DNA from: Armatimonadota bacterium
GTDB taxonomy: Bacteria; Armatimonadota; Armatimonadia; Armatimonadales; Armatimonadaceae
DNA length: 23,114 nt
Reading direction: 5' to 3'
Assembly: GCA_043754515.1 (NCBI GenBank)
Contig: JAYUUO010000276.1
Location: 1 to 23,114 of the forward strand
The position numbers and the translations under genes are program-made. Below, one piece after another: positions 8,487-18,418 of the stretch (position 1 is its first letter; every line of letters begins with the position of its first letter). Under the pieces are notes generated by a model, which was not told the DNA's origin, ran no database searches, and saw only the letters and a list, made by a program, of their open reading frames with translations.

Positions 8487-8554
8487 TCTGGCGTCAAAAG
8501 ACTCAGGCGTCATGCAGTTGGAGGCTTATGACGCCTGAGTCTTTTGACGCCAGA
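8487..8554. repeat. Perfect 27-bp inverted repeat with 14-nt loop
   Basis: TCTGGCGTCAAAAGACTCAGGCGTCAT (8487-8513) is the exact reverse complement of 8528-8554. The pairing extends imperfectly to about 8474-8569. Confidence 0.95.
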
Positions 8555-8575
8555 CTCCATCCGTCCGAAGGACAT

Positions 8576-8640
8576 CCGGCACGCAGTGCCTACAGACGTG
8601 GGTTTCAACCCGCGTGACCGACCGTGGGTTTCAACCCGCG
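8576..8640. repeat. REP-like palindromes: one GTAG-led hairpin plus two direct copies of CGTGGGTTTCAACCCGCG
   Basis: Minus strand 8593-8576 reads GTAGGCACTGCGTGCCGG. The 18-mer occurs at 8597-8614 and 8623-8640, and each copy is an imperfect hairpin. Confidence 0.8.
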
Positions 8641-8660
8641 CTTCCCATCTCCCAAACAAA

Positions 8661-10061
8661 ATGATGCACAACCCCGAGGAAGATTTCCACGCCTTCGCCG
8701 CCGCGCTCGCCGCCACCGCGCCCGCGTTCTTCGCGGCGGGCGTTCCCGTCCACGCCGCCCGTGCGCCGGGGCGGCTTGACGTGATGGGCGGTATCGCCGA
8801 CTATTCCGGCTCGCTGGTCGCCGAAATGCCCATCGCGTCGGCGGCGGTCTGCGCGGCGCAGCGCGACGACGCTTCCGGTGGCGCGGTCACGGTGCGTTCC
8901 GCGAACGCGCCGTCGGAGGGATTGATGGTGGAAGTCGTGCTCCCCGCCGAGGTATTTACAAACCCCGTCTCGCTGTTGCGGTGGCTACGAGATCGCGACA
9001 AGTCGGTGCGCTGGGCAGGCTACGTCGCGGGTTGTGTTTCCCTGCTTCGCGCCGAGGGGCTGGTCCCGCGCGGCGTCGGGGCGCGCTTCTTCCTCCGTTC
9101 GGAGGTGCCGCTCGGCGCGGGCGTCTCGTCGTCCGCCGCCATCGAGGTCGCTTCCATGCGGGCGGTTTGCGCGGCGTTCGGCATTGAAATGTCCGGTCTG
9201 GAACTCGCGCGGCTGTGTCAGCGGGTCGAGAACGATGTGATGGACGCGCCGTGCGGCATAATGGATCAGGTCACGAGCGTTTTCGGCGAGGCGGGACACC
9301 TGCTTCTGATCCGCTGCCAGCCGCACGACATCGTCGGCGCGTTCCGCCTGCCCGACGACTGGACCGTGTTCGGGCTGGACTCCGGCGTCAAGCACAGCGT
9401 GGGCGGTACAGGCTACGTCGGCGTTCGCGTCGCGGCGTTCATGGGTTACAAGATCCTGTCGGAGCGGGCGAAGTCGGGCTTCGGCGGCTACCTGTGCAAC
9501 CTGTCTTCGGAGGACTACGGGCGTATTGCCGCGACCGATCCGCTCCCCGAAACCCTGTCCGGGGCGGACTTCCTGCGCGAACACGGCGGCATCTTCGATA
9601 CCGTGACTGTGGTTGATCCCGCGCGGATGTACCCGGTTCGCGCCGCGACCGAGCATCCCATCCGGGAGAACGAGCGCGTCGCGTCCTTCCTCGACTGTTT
9701 GCAGGACGGCTCCGACGGGGCGTTCGCGCGGGCCGGGGAGCGGATGGTCGAGGCGCACTGCTCCTACTCGGCGTGCGGGATCGGCACCGCCGAGACGGAT
9801 CTGCTGGTGGAACTCGCGCGGAAACAGGGCGCGGGCGTCGCGGGGGCGAAAATCACCGGGGGCGGCTCCGGGGGCACTGTCTGCGTTTTAACAAAAAAGG
9901 CGGATGAGGTGCGGGTGATCGCGGAGATGAACGCGTCCTACACCGAGGCGACCGGCATCGTGCCACGGCTAATCCGGGGCACCTCGGCGGGGGCGTTGGC
10001 GACCCCGGCGCGGACGCTTCCCGAGGCGTTCAGGATAGATGCCGCGGTAAAGAGACCATGA
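8661..10061 (+). CDS. GHMP sugar kinase (galactokinase family, L-arabinokinase-like)
   Basis: RAPGRLDVMGGIADYSGSLV, PLGAGVSSSAAIEVA, APCGIMDQ and GAKITGGGSGGTVCVL. Start moved to ATG 8661, downstream of the repeats. Confidence 0.9.
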   Translation: MMHNPEEDFHAFAAALAATAPAFFAAGVPVHAARAPGRLDVMGGIADYSGSLVAEMPIASAAVCAAQRDDASGGAVTVRSANAPSEGLMVEVVLPAEVFTNPVSLLRWLRDRDKSVRWAGYVAGCVSLLRAEGLVPRGVGARFFLRSEVPLGAGVSSSAAIEVASMRAVCAAFGIEMSGLELARLCQRVENDVMDAPCGIMDQVTSVFGEAGHLLLIRCQPHDIVGAFRLPDDWTVFGLDSGVKHSVGGTGYVGVRVAAFMGYKILSERAKSGFGGYLCNLSSEDYGRIAATDPLPETLSGADFLREHGGIFDTVTVVDPARMYPVRAATEHPIRENERVASFLDCLQDGSDGAFARAGERMVEAHCSYSACGIGTAETDLLVELARKQGAGVAGAKITGGGSGGTVCVLTKKADEVRVIAEMNASYTEATGIVPRLIRGTSAGALATPARTLPEAFRIDAAVKRP

Positions 10062-11145
10062 ACCAAAACAAGCCACCTTCTTCCACGCCGTCGCCGCTCC
10101 TTTCCGCCACGCCCGAAGGGTACGCTGAGTTCCTTCACTCGGTCAAGGAGCGGGTGCGATCCGCGCGGACGCGCGCCGCTCTCGCCGTCAACAGCGAACT
10201 CGTTCTGCTGTACTGGGGCATCGGGCGTGACATCCTGACGCGGCAACGTGAGCAAGGCTGGGGCGCGAAGGTCGTCGAGCGGCTTTCGGCCGATCTGCGG
10301 CGCGAATTCCCCGAAATGAAAGGTTTTTCCAGAAGCAACCTGCTTTATTATGAGAGCCTTCGCGGAAGCATGGCCGGACAACGCGGTTGTCCAGCAGGTT
10401 GCTGGACGAATACCCTGGTTCCACAACTGTGTCCTTCTGGACAAGGTGAGGGAGAGCGAAGAGCGTCTCTGGTACTCGCGCGCCACCACCGAGCACGGCT
10501 GGAGTCGGAACGTTCTGGTGCATCAAATCGAGAGCAGGTTGTACCATCGTCAAAGTAAAGCGGTGACCAACTTCGAGCGCACTCTCCCCGCCCCGCAGTC
10601 CGACCTCGCCCGCGAACTTCTGAAGGATCCCTATAACTTTGACTTTTTGACGCTCGGCACAGATGCTCACGAACGTGATTTAGAAGGCGGGCTTCTCGAT
10701 CACATCCGCAAGTTCCTGCTCGAACTCGGGACTGGTTTCGCTTTCCTGGGAAGCCAGTACCCTCTGGAGTTCGACGACGAGGACTACTACCTGGACCTGC
10801 TTTTCTACCACGTGAAACTGCGTTGCTACGTCGTCATTGACCTGAAGACCGGCAAGTTCCAGCCGGAGTACGCGGGAAAAAATGAACTTCTACCTCGCCG
10901 TCGTGGACGATCTTTTGCGGCACGAAACCGATGCCCCTTCCATCGGGCTGATCCTCTGCAAGGAGAAAAAAACGCTCACCGTCGAGTATGCCCTGAAAGG
11001 CACGTCAACGCCGATCGGCGTATCGGGCTACCAGACCACCGAGGCTCTGCCGAAGGAGTTTGTCGGGAGACTCCCGACCGTGGAGCAGTTCGAGGCCGAA
11101 CTTGCGGGTGGGGAAGCAGACGAGGAGGCGACGGGCGATAAGTAG
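10058..11145 (+). pseudogene. yhcG: YhcG/DUF1016 PD-(D/E)XK nuclease-like gene split by two +1 frameshifts (about 10349 and 10877-10882)
   Basis: Three consecutive frames carry the family motifs VNSELVLLYWGIG/WGAKVVERLSADL, KDPYNFDFL/DLLFYHVKLRCYVVIDLK and MNFYL/IGLILCK. Removing two bases gives a 361-aa ORF. Confidence 0.85.
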
Positions 11146-11206
11146 CGAGGACGATGTGACTATTCGCGCCGCGCCCTGATATCGGGTACAACGATCTTCG
11201 ACAATT

Positions 11207-13258
11207 ATGGCTATCTCCCTCACGCCGCTCCGCCGGCTGCTTATCGGTAGACCGCTTGCCACCGCGCAGGCGCAGCACGAACGGCTTTCCAAGCGACTCG
11301 CGCTCGCCGTCTTCTCCTCGGACGCGCTCTCCTCGACCGCGTACGCCACGGAGGAGATTCTCCGGGTGCTACTGGCGTCCGGCACGACCGCGCTCGGCTA
11401 CTCCATGCCGATCGCTATCGGCATCACCGTGCTCCTCGCCATCGTCGCCATATCGTACAACCAGACGATCCACGCCTACCCGTCGGGCGGCGGCGCGTAC
11501 ATCGTGGCGAAGGAGAACCTGGGGGCGATGTCGGGCCTGATCGCGGCGGCGTCGCTCCTGATTGACTATATTTTAACGGTCGCCGTGTCGGTCGCGGCGG
11601 GCGTCGCCGCAATCAACTCGCAGTACCCGGCGTTGATCCATTACACGGTGCCGATCTGTCTGGCTTGCGTCGCCGCGATTACGCTCGCGAACCTGCGCGG
11701 CTTGAAAGAGTCGGGCGCGATCTTCGCGATACCTACCTACTCCTTCATCGTCTCCATGTTTCTGATGATCGGCTGGGGCGCGTTCCGTATCTTCGTTCTG
11801 CACGACCCGCAAGTCGCCGCCGATGAGACCGCGCGGGAATCGGTACATCAGGCGGTCTCCGGGAATGGCGGTATCATCGTGCCCATAACAATGTTCGTGA
11901 TACTCAAAGCCTACGCGTCCGGCTGTACCGCTTTAACAGGGGTCGAGGCGATCTCGAACGGCATCCCGGCGTTCAAAAAGCCCGAGTCTGACAACGCCGC
12001 TAAAACCCTCACGACCATGGTGATCATTCTGGGCATCATGTTCCTCGGGATGACGTTTCTAGCGCAACATTACGGGATCGCGACGATCCCCGATGGGCAT
12101 GAGACCCTGCTCTCGCAGGTCGGCAGGAAAGTATTCGGCGGCAAGAATAGCATCTTTTATAGCATCTTGCAGTTCTCGACGTTCGCCATCCTGATCGTCG
12201 CCGCCAACACGTCCTACGCTGACTTCCCGCGCCTCGCCTCGCTCCTCGCACGCGACCGCTACCTGCCCCGGCAGCTCGCCGACCTCGGCGACCGCCTCGT
12301 CTTTAACAACGGCATCGTGATCCTGGCGGTGTTCGCCGCAATCTTGATCGTGATCTTCAAGGGCGCGGTGGACTCGCTGATACCGTTGTACGCGGTCGGC
12401 GTCTTCACCTCGTTCACTCTGTCGCAGGGCGGCATGGTGCGGCACTGGCTCCAGGAAAAGGGCCGACACTGGCAGGCATCGCTGACCATGAACCTGCTGG
12501 GGGCTATCGCGACGTTCGTGGTGCTGGTCGTGATCGGGGTCACGAAGTTCAACGCGGGTGACCCCATCGTGGGCCTTCCCCACCTGCCGTTCGGGACGGG
12601 TAAGGACGGAAGTCCCGGCACTTCGATCAACTACGGCGCGTGGCTGGTTGTCGCGCTGATCCCGCTCCTGGTCTGGGGGTTTAACAAGATCAAGTCGCAC
12701 TACGATGACGTGGCGCGGTTCCTGAAATCGTCCGACTTCCCGCGCCTGACCGCCCAGAAGCGGATCACGCACCACACGGTATTGGTGCTGGTCCCTGGCT
12801 TGCATAGGGGTATCTTCCCCGCGCTCGCGTATGCGCAGTCGCTGTCCCCTGACGCACGCGCCGTGCATATCGAGACCGATCCGGGCCAGACGCCGCTCTT
12901 CAAGGAGTTGTGGCAACAGTATGTCGAGGAGATGCCCCTGATCGTGATCGAATCGCCGTACCGGAGCCTGCGCCAGCCCGTGCGCGAGTACGTCGCCGAG
13001 GTACTCAAAGAGCGCGAAGACGACGAACTGACGATCATCGTGCCGGAACTGGTCGCGACCAAGAAGTGGTGGCACCGCTTCCTGCACAACTCGTCGGCGC
13101 AGTCCATCCGGCGCGAGTTGCGGGAGCGATCCGGCGTGGTCGTCACCTCGTTCCGCTACTTCGCCGACGATGGCGCGGGGCGCGACGCGATGCTAGCGAC
13201 GCCGACAGAAACAGGGGAGACAACGTTCCCCGTATATAGCGACGGGGTCGAACAATGA
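11207..13258 (+). CDS. APC-superfamily permease, KimA/YdaO-like (possible K+ importer) with cytosolic C-terminal domain
   Basis: LRRLLIGRPL...LAVFSSDALSSTAYATEEIL, AYPSGGGAYIVAKENLG, GCTALTGVEAISNG, LIPLYAVGVF and IESPYRSL...WWHRFLHN resemble B. subtilis KimA/YdaO. About 12 hydrophobic segments. Confidence 0.88.
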   Translation: MAISLTPLRRLLIGRPLATAQAQHERLSKRLALAVFSSDALSSTAYATEEILRVLLASGTTALGYSMPIAIGITVLLAIVAISYNQTIHAYPSGGGAYIVAKENLGAMSGLIAAASLLIDYILTVAVSVAAGVAAINSQYPALIHYTVPICLACVAAITLANLRGLKESGAIFAIPTYSFIVSMFLMIGWGAFRIFVLHDPQVAADETARESVHQAVSGNGGIIVPITMFVILKAYASGCTALTGVEAISNGIPAFKKPESDNAAKTLTTMVIILGIMFLGMTFLAQHYGIATIPDGHETLLSQVGRKVFGGKNSIFYSILQFSTFAILIVAANTSYADFPRLASLLARDRYLPRQLADLGDRLVFNNGIVILAVFAAILIVIFKGAVDSLIPLYAVGVFTSFTLSQGGMVRHWLQEKGRHWQASLTMNLLGAIATFVVLVVIGVTKFNAGDPIVGLPHLPFGTGKDGSPGTSINYGAWLVVALIPLLVWGFNKIKSHYDDVARFLKSSDFPRLTAQKRITHHTVLVLVPGLHRGIFPALAYAQSLSPDARAVHIETDPGQTPLFKELWQQYVEEMPLIVIESPYRSLRQPVREYVAEVLKEREDDELTIIVPELVATKKWWHRFLHNSSAQSIRRELRERSGVVVTSFRYFADDGAGRDAMLATPTETGETTFPVYSDGVEQ

Positions 13259-14163
13259 TTATAGAGATCCGTGACGAAGTGGTGACACTCGGGGGGACGC
13301 TGACTAAGAACCAGTGGGCCGCTGTCGAATCCGCCCTCGCGATGCGACTGCGCCACCACCCGGCGGGCGTGATACTGGACCTGGGTGGGCTGACGCTGGT
13401 GAGTCCCGAGGGGGCGCAGACGTTCCGCGACGCCGTGTCGCACGCCTCGCGCGTCGTGCCGGGGGCGCGGCTGGTGCTGGCGAACGTGCCCGCGAACGTC
13501 GCGCGCGTTCTGCGCGGTAGCGGCGGACTCGGCTCGTCGCTCGCGGTCGCGAGCACGGTGGCGGAAGCGCGGGCGAGCCTGAACGCGGCGCAAACTTTAA
13601 TGGATCAGGCAGGCGGGACACAGACGACGAAATCGGCGGCGAACAGCGACCGCGCTGGCACGCGCCGCCCCGAAGTCATTGTCGCGCTCCTGGGTTCGGA
13701 CGCGGACGGGCACGCGGTGGCGGTGGGTTGCCGACTCGCGGGCGCGATCCCGTCCGACCCGCGCACGCGCGAGCCCGTTTCCCGGATGCACCTCGCGCAT
13801 GTTCTGATCGTCCCGCGTGACCGGTCTCTACTAGCACCAATGGAAGCGGAAGAATCCGCCGTGAAACGTCTGGCGCAACTCGCCGCGTCGGTCAAAGCGA
13901 ACGGGTGCGTCGGGTCCGTGGTGACGCAGATCGAGCGTACCCGCGACGGCGGCATCCGCCTCGCGGATCTCGCGAGCGAACTGCGGGCGGAGTTTTTAGT
14001 GCTGGCACTCGGGACGAACGCGTCCAGCGAGGACGTGAGCCTGGCGCGCTACGTGGTGGAACGCGCCCCGTGCGAGGTGATCGTCAACCGGGTGCCGATG
14101 GCGAATCTGCGCGGCGAGGAACCCACCATACTTGCTATGAAGGAACAAAAAAATGTCCATTAA
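13255..14163 (+). CDS. STAS-like domain fused to a universal stress protein (USP)-like domain
   Basis: N-terminal VVTLGGTL...VILDLGGLTLVSPEG...LVLANVPANVARVL (STAS pattern). C-terminal HLAHVLIVPR...AEFLVL...VVERAPCEVIV (USP pattern). ATGA overlap with the permease. Confidence 0.75.
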   Translation: MIIEIRDEVVTLGGTLTKNQWAAVESALAMRLRHHPAGVILDLGGLTLVSPEGAQTFRDAVSHASRVVPGARLVLANVPANVARVLRGSGGLGSSLAVASTVAEARASLNAAQTLMDQAGGTQTTKSAANSDRAGTRRPEVIVALLGSDADGHAVAVGCRLAGAIPSDPRTREPVSRMHLAHVLIVPRDRSLLAPMEAEESAVKRLAQLAASVKANGCVGSVVTQIERTRDGGIRLADLASELRAEFLVLALGTNASSEDVSLARYVVERAPCEVIVNRVPMANLRGEEPTILAMKEQKNVH

Positions 14164-14896
14164 TTGGCTTCATCCGGCGGAGATGGTGACCGCGTTCGCC
14201 GTCGGCTCCGGGATTTTCGCGGGCGGCTACGCCCTGATGCGGGTCATGTTCGCGGGGAGCACCGGAAGGCGCGAGGTGCCGATGCCGCTCCCGATCAAGC
14301 AGTACAGCCGCATTCTCATCCCGACCGGCGCGGGGATGAGTCAGACGGATTACCTGAACGAGGCGACCACGCTCGCGTGTCAACTCGCCGATAAGACCGG
14401 CCCCGCCGCGAGCGAACTGATTTTTCTGTATGTCATCCCGGTGCCGCGCGCGCTCGCGCTCACCGCCGCGATGCCGGATGAGGAGGCGGTCGCGGACCGC
14501 GTGCTGAACGCCGCCGCCGAAAGTGCCCGCGCGCGCGGCGTGACGCGGGTGACGAAGCAGACGCGCAAGGGGCGGACTGTGGAGGACGAGACGATCAAGG
14601 CAGTGGAGCAAGAGCACGCGGATCTCGTAGTGCTAACCCCGCAAACGAACGGCGGGGCGGGGCCGGGAGTAGCGTTCGCGGGCGGTAGCGACATGCTTAC
14701 AGCGTCCGCCGCGTACACGGGCGCGAACGAACCCGCCTGCGAACCGCGTTGCCATGCCGAACTGGATACGGTGGAGACGTCCGACCGGAGCGAGACCGTC
14801 ACCGGGAAACTACTTCGCCGCCTGCCCTGCGAGGCGATGGTGGCTCGACGCGGCAATGGCTCGATCGCGGTGCCGCTCGTGTTCGCGCGGGCGTGA
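14153..14896 (+). CDS. Membrane-anchored USP-domain protein
   Basis: N-terminal hydrophobic helix, then YSRILIPT, IFLYVIPVPR, EHADLVVL and LLRRLPCEAMVAR. Overlaps the upstream gene by 11 nt. Confidence 0.78.
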   Translation: MSINWLHPAEMVTAFAVGSGIFAGGYALMRVMFAGSTGRREVPMPLPIKQYSRILIPTGAGMSQTDYLNEATTLACQLADKTGPAASELIFLYVIPVPRALALTAAMPDEEAVADRVLNAAAESARARGVTRVTKQTRKGRTVEDETIKAVEQEHADLVVLTPQTNGGAGPGVAFAGGSDMLTASAAYTGANEPACEPRCHAELDTVETSDRSETVTGKLLRRLPCEAMVARRGNGSIAVPLVFARA

Positions 14897-14933
14897 CGCG
14901 TCGCGGCTATACAGCGCGAGTGATCCGCCCGCG

Positions 14934-15230
14934 TCACGCGCCCGGATGAATCAGTGCCAGAACGTGGGGGGCGATCAGGTGCCCCCACAATCGCCACGAC
15001 TCCCAGCAAAAAACGGCGCACCAGAATACGGTGACATACGGCGGCTTCGCCCAGCAGTGCCATTCTTTAACGCCTTTCGCGCCCGCGAGCAGGTAGAATA
15101 TGGCGGCAAGCCCCGACAGCGCGACCAGACTGTACGCGCGGAAAAGTAGCACCAGAAACGCCGCCTTGCAGAACATAAAGGCATACCCCTCGTACCGCTT
15201 GCCTTGCTGGATTCGGTCGTACTCGGTCAT
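14934..15230 (-). CDS. Small hypothetical membrane protein (98 aa)
   Basis: ATG 15230 with GGAGGAG RBS. About three hydrophobic segments. Fills the gap between plus-strand genes. Confidence 0.7.
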   Translation of the reverse strand: MTEYDRIQQGKRYEGYAFMFCKAAFLVLLFRAYSLVALSGLAAIFYLLAGAKGVKEWHCWAKPPYVTVFWCAVFCWESWRLWGHLIAPHVLALIHPGA

Positions 15231-15362
15231 GTTCGTGCTCCTCCGCCGATTGTATCCGTTGCCGGTGTCGCGCGCCTTTCCCGTTGATCGTTCGTCCTCC
15301 CGCCCCCGCTCTAAATCACCGGGACGCAGGAAACCCACCGCCGCGCCGCGAACCCTACCCCC

Positions 15363-16817
<1,455 letters not shown>

Positions 16818-18377
16818 ATGCGCCTATTACCCATCGCGCTCGCGCTACTGTCCCTGTTCGGGGTCGCCTGTAGGCGGCCGGGTATCCCCGCGTCGGCGGC
16901 GGACAGCAAGATGGCAACCACCGGCACGCGCCTGATATTCACGGTCACAGCCTCGCCCGGCAAGTTGGCCGCGAAAACGACGGGTCGCCTAATGGTCGTG
17001 GTCGCACCGGACGCGAAGCAGAACGACCTGCGCGACCGCCTCGACGACGTCGAGGCGGCGCGGAGCGGCGCGGCGTTCGGCACCGACGCGACATTCGGAA
17101 AAAAGGGAGGGACGACCACGGTGGACATGGCCTCGCGCTCGGTCCGCTCGTTCCCACTCACGATGCCCGGCGCGCTCACACCGGGGACATACCGGGTGCA
17201 GGCAGTGTTCACGAGCAACCCCGACCTGCGCGACGCGGACGCGCCCGGCAACATGTACTCGGAACCCGAGACGATGACGCTCCCGCGCGACGATGGGCTG
17301 CCCGTGTCCTTGCTTCTTTCCGAACAGGAGCCGGACGACCCGCTCCCCGCCGACTCGGACAACGCGCGGTTTCTGAAACTGCGTTCCGAGAAGTTGTCGC
17401 GGTTTTATAAGCGGCCTATATACGTGTACGCGGGCGTGGTCCTGCCCACCGACTATGAGGACGCCCCGTCCAGCCCGTACCCGATGTGCGTGCGCGGCGG
17501 CGGGTTTCACACCCGCTACACGGCGGCGAAGAACATCACGCCGTACGCGGGCATCGTGCAGGTAACGCTCGACGGCGACGGGCCGTTCGGCGACTCGTAC
17601 TCGACCAACAGCGCGGTCGGCGGGCCGTACGGCGACGCGACGGTGAACGAGTTGTTGCCGGAGATCGAGAAGCGGTTTCACTGCGGCGGCTCGGCTCTGA
17701 AGCGGTTCACCACGGGTGGCTCTACCGGCGGCTGGGTCTCGCTTGCCTTGCAAATCTACTACCCCGACACGTTCGGCGGATGCTGGTCGGGCTACCCGGA
17801 CCCGCTCGACTTCCACGCGTACCAGGCGGGTGATCTACTGCTCGACGCGAACGCCTATGCCACCGACGCGGGCACTGAGCAGGTTTCGAGCCGCGACGTG
17901 CTGACGGGCACCGCGAAATGGACGGTGCGCGAGGAGTGCGCCCTGGAAAATGTGCGCGGGATGGGCGGCTCGTATGTCACGAGCGGCGGGCAGTGGGGCG
18001 TCTGGAACTCGGTGTGGGGCAAGCCGGATCGGAGCGGCCGCGCGGTACCGTTCTGGGACCCGGTGAGCGGCAAGATAAACCGGGGCGCGGTAAATACCGC
18101 CGCGAAGCAGTACGACCTGCGCCGCTACTGCGCCGACAACTGGAAAACACTCGCCCCGAAGCTCGACGGCAAGATACACCTCTGGGTCGGGGAACGTGAC
18201 GACTATTTCTTGAACGCGGGCGTTCACAAGTTCGACGACTTCCTGCAAAACGCGACGCCGAAGATCACGGCGCGGGTGGAGTACTCGCCCCTCGCGGGGC
18301 ACGGCTGGGAGCCGCGTTCCCGCGCGGCGGTGCTGGACGAGATGCTCGCCGCGTCGAGAGGGTCTTCGCAACCTTAG
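16818..18377 (+). CDS. Secreted (possibly lipoprotein) alpha/beta-hydrolase, putative esterase family
   Basis: Signal peptide ending FGVAC. Nucleophile elbow GGSTGG in TTGGSTGGWVSLALQIYYPDTFGG. VGERDDY and AGHGW are candidate Asp/His residues. ATG abuts the ALDH stop (TAAATG). Confidence 0.82.
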   Translation: MRLLPIALALLSLFGVACRRPGIPASAADSKMATTGTRLIFTVTASPGKLAAKTTGRLMVVVAPDAKQNDLRDRLDDVEAARSGAAFGTDATFGKKGGTTTVDMASRSVRSFPLTMPGALTPGTYRVQAVFTSNPDLRDADAPGNMYSEPETMTLPRDDGLPVSLLLSEQEPDDPLPADSDNARFLKLRSEKLSRFYKRPIYVYAGVVLPTDYEDAPSSPYPMCVRGGGFHTRYTAAKNITPYAGIVQVTLDGDGPFGDSYSTNSAVGGPYGDATVNELLPEIEKRFHCGGSALKRFTTGGSTGGWVSLALQIYYPDTFGGCWSGYPDPLDFHAYQAGDLLLDANAYATDAGTEQVSSRDVLTGTAKWTVREECALENVRGMGGSYVTSGGQWGVWNSVWGKPDRSGRAVPFWDPVSGKINRGAVNTAAKQYDLRRYCADNWKTLAPKLDGKIHLWVGERDDYFLNAGVHKFDDFLQNATPKITARVEYSPLAGHGWEPRSRAAVLDEMLAASRGSSQP

Positions 18378-18418
18378 CGAGCGTCGCGTGACTGAACCAG
18401 CAAGGGGGGGTAGAATTC

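Noticed and set aside
8597..8640. Direct repeat as a CRISPR array
   Set aside because: Only two 18-nt copies with an 8-nt gap and no cas genes. It fits REP-like repeats better.
7574..8660. Long N-terminal extensions given by the ORF track for gpmA (7574) and the GHMP kinase (8544)
   Set aside because: They overlap a divergent gene or the palindromic repeats. Downstream ATGs match where family similarity begins.
10876..10882. G-GGA-AAA as a programmed -1 frameshift site in yhcG
   Set aside because: Restoring the frame requires +1, not -1.
11146..11206. c-di-AMP (ydaO) riboswitch ahead of the KimA-like gene
   Set aside because: The 61-nt gap is too short and shows no recognisable aptamer.
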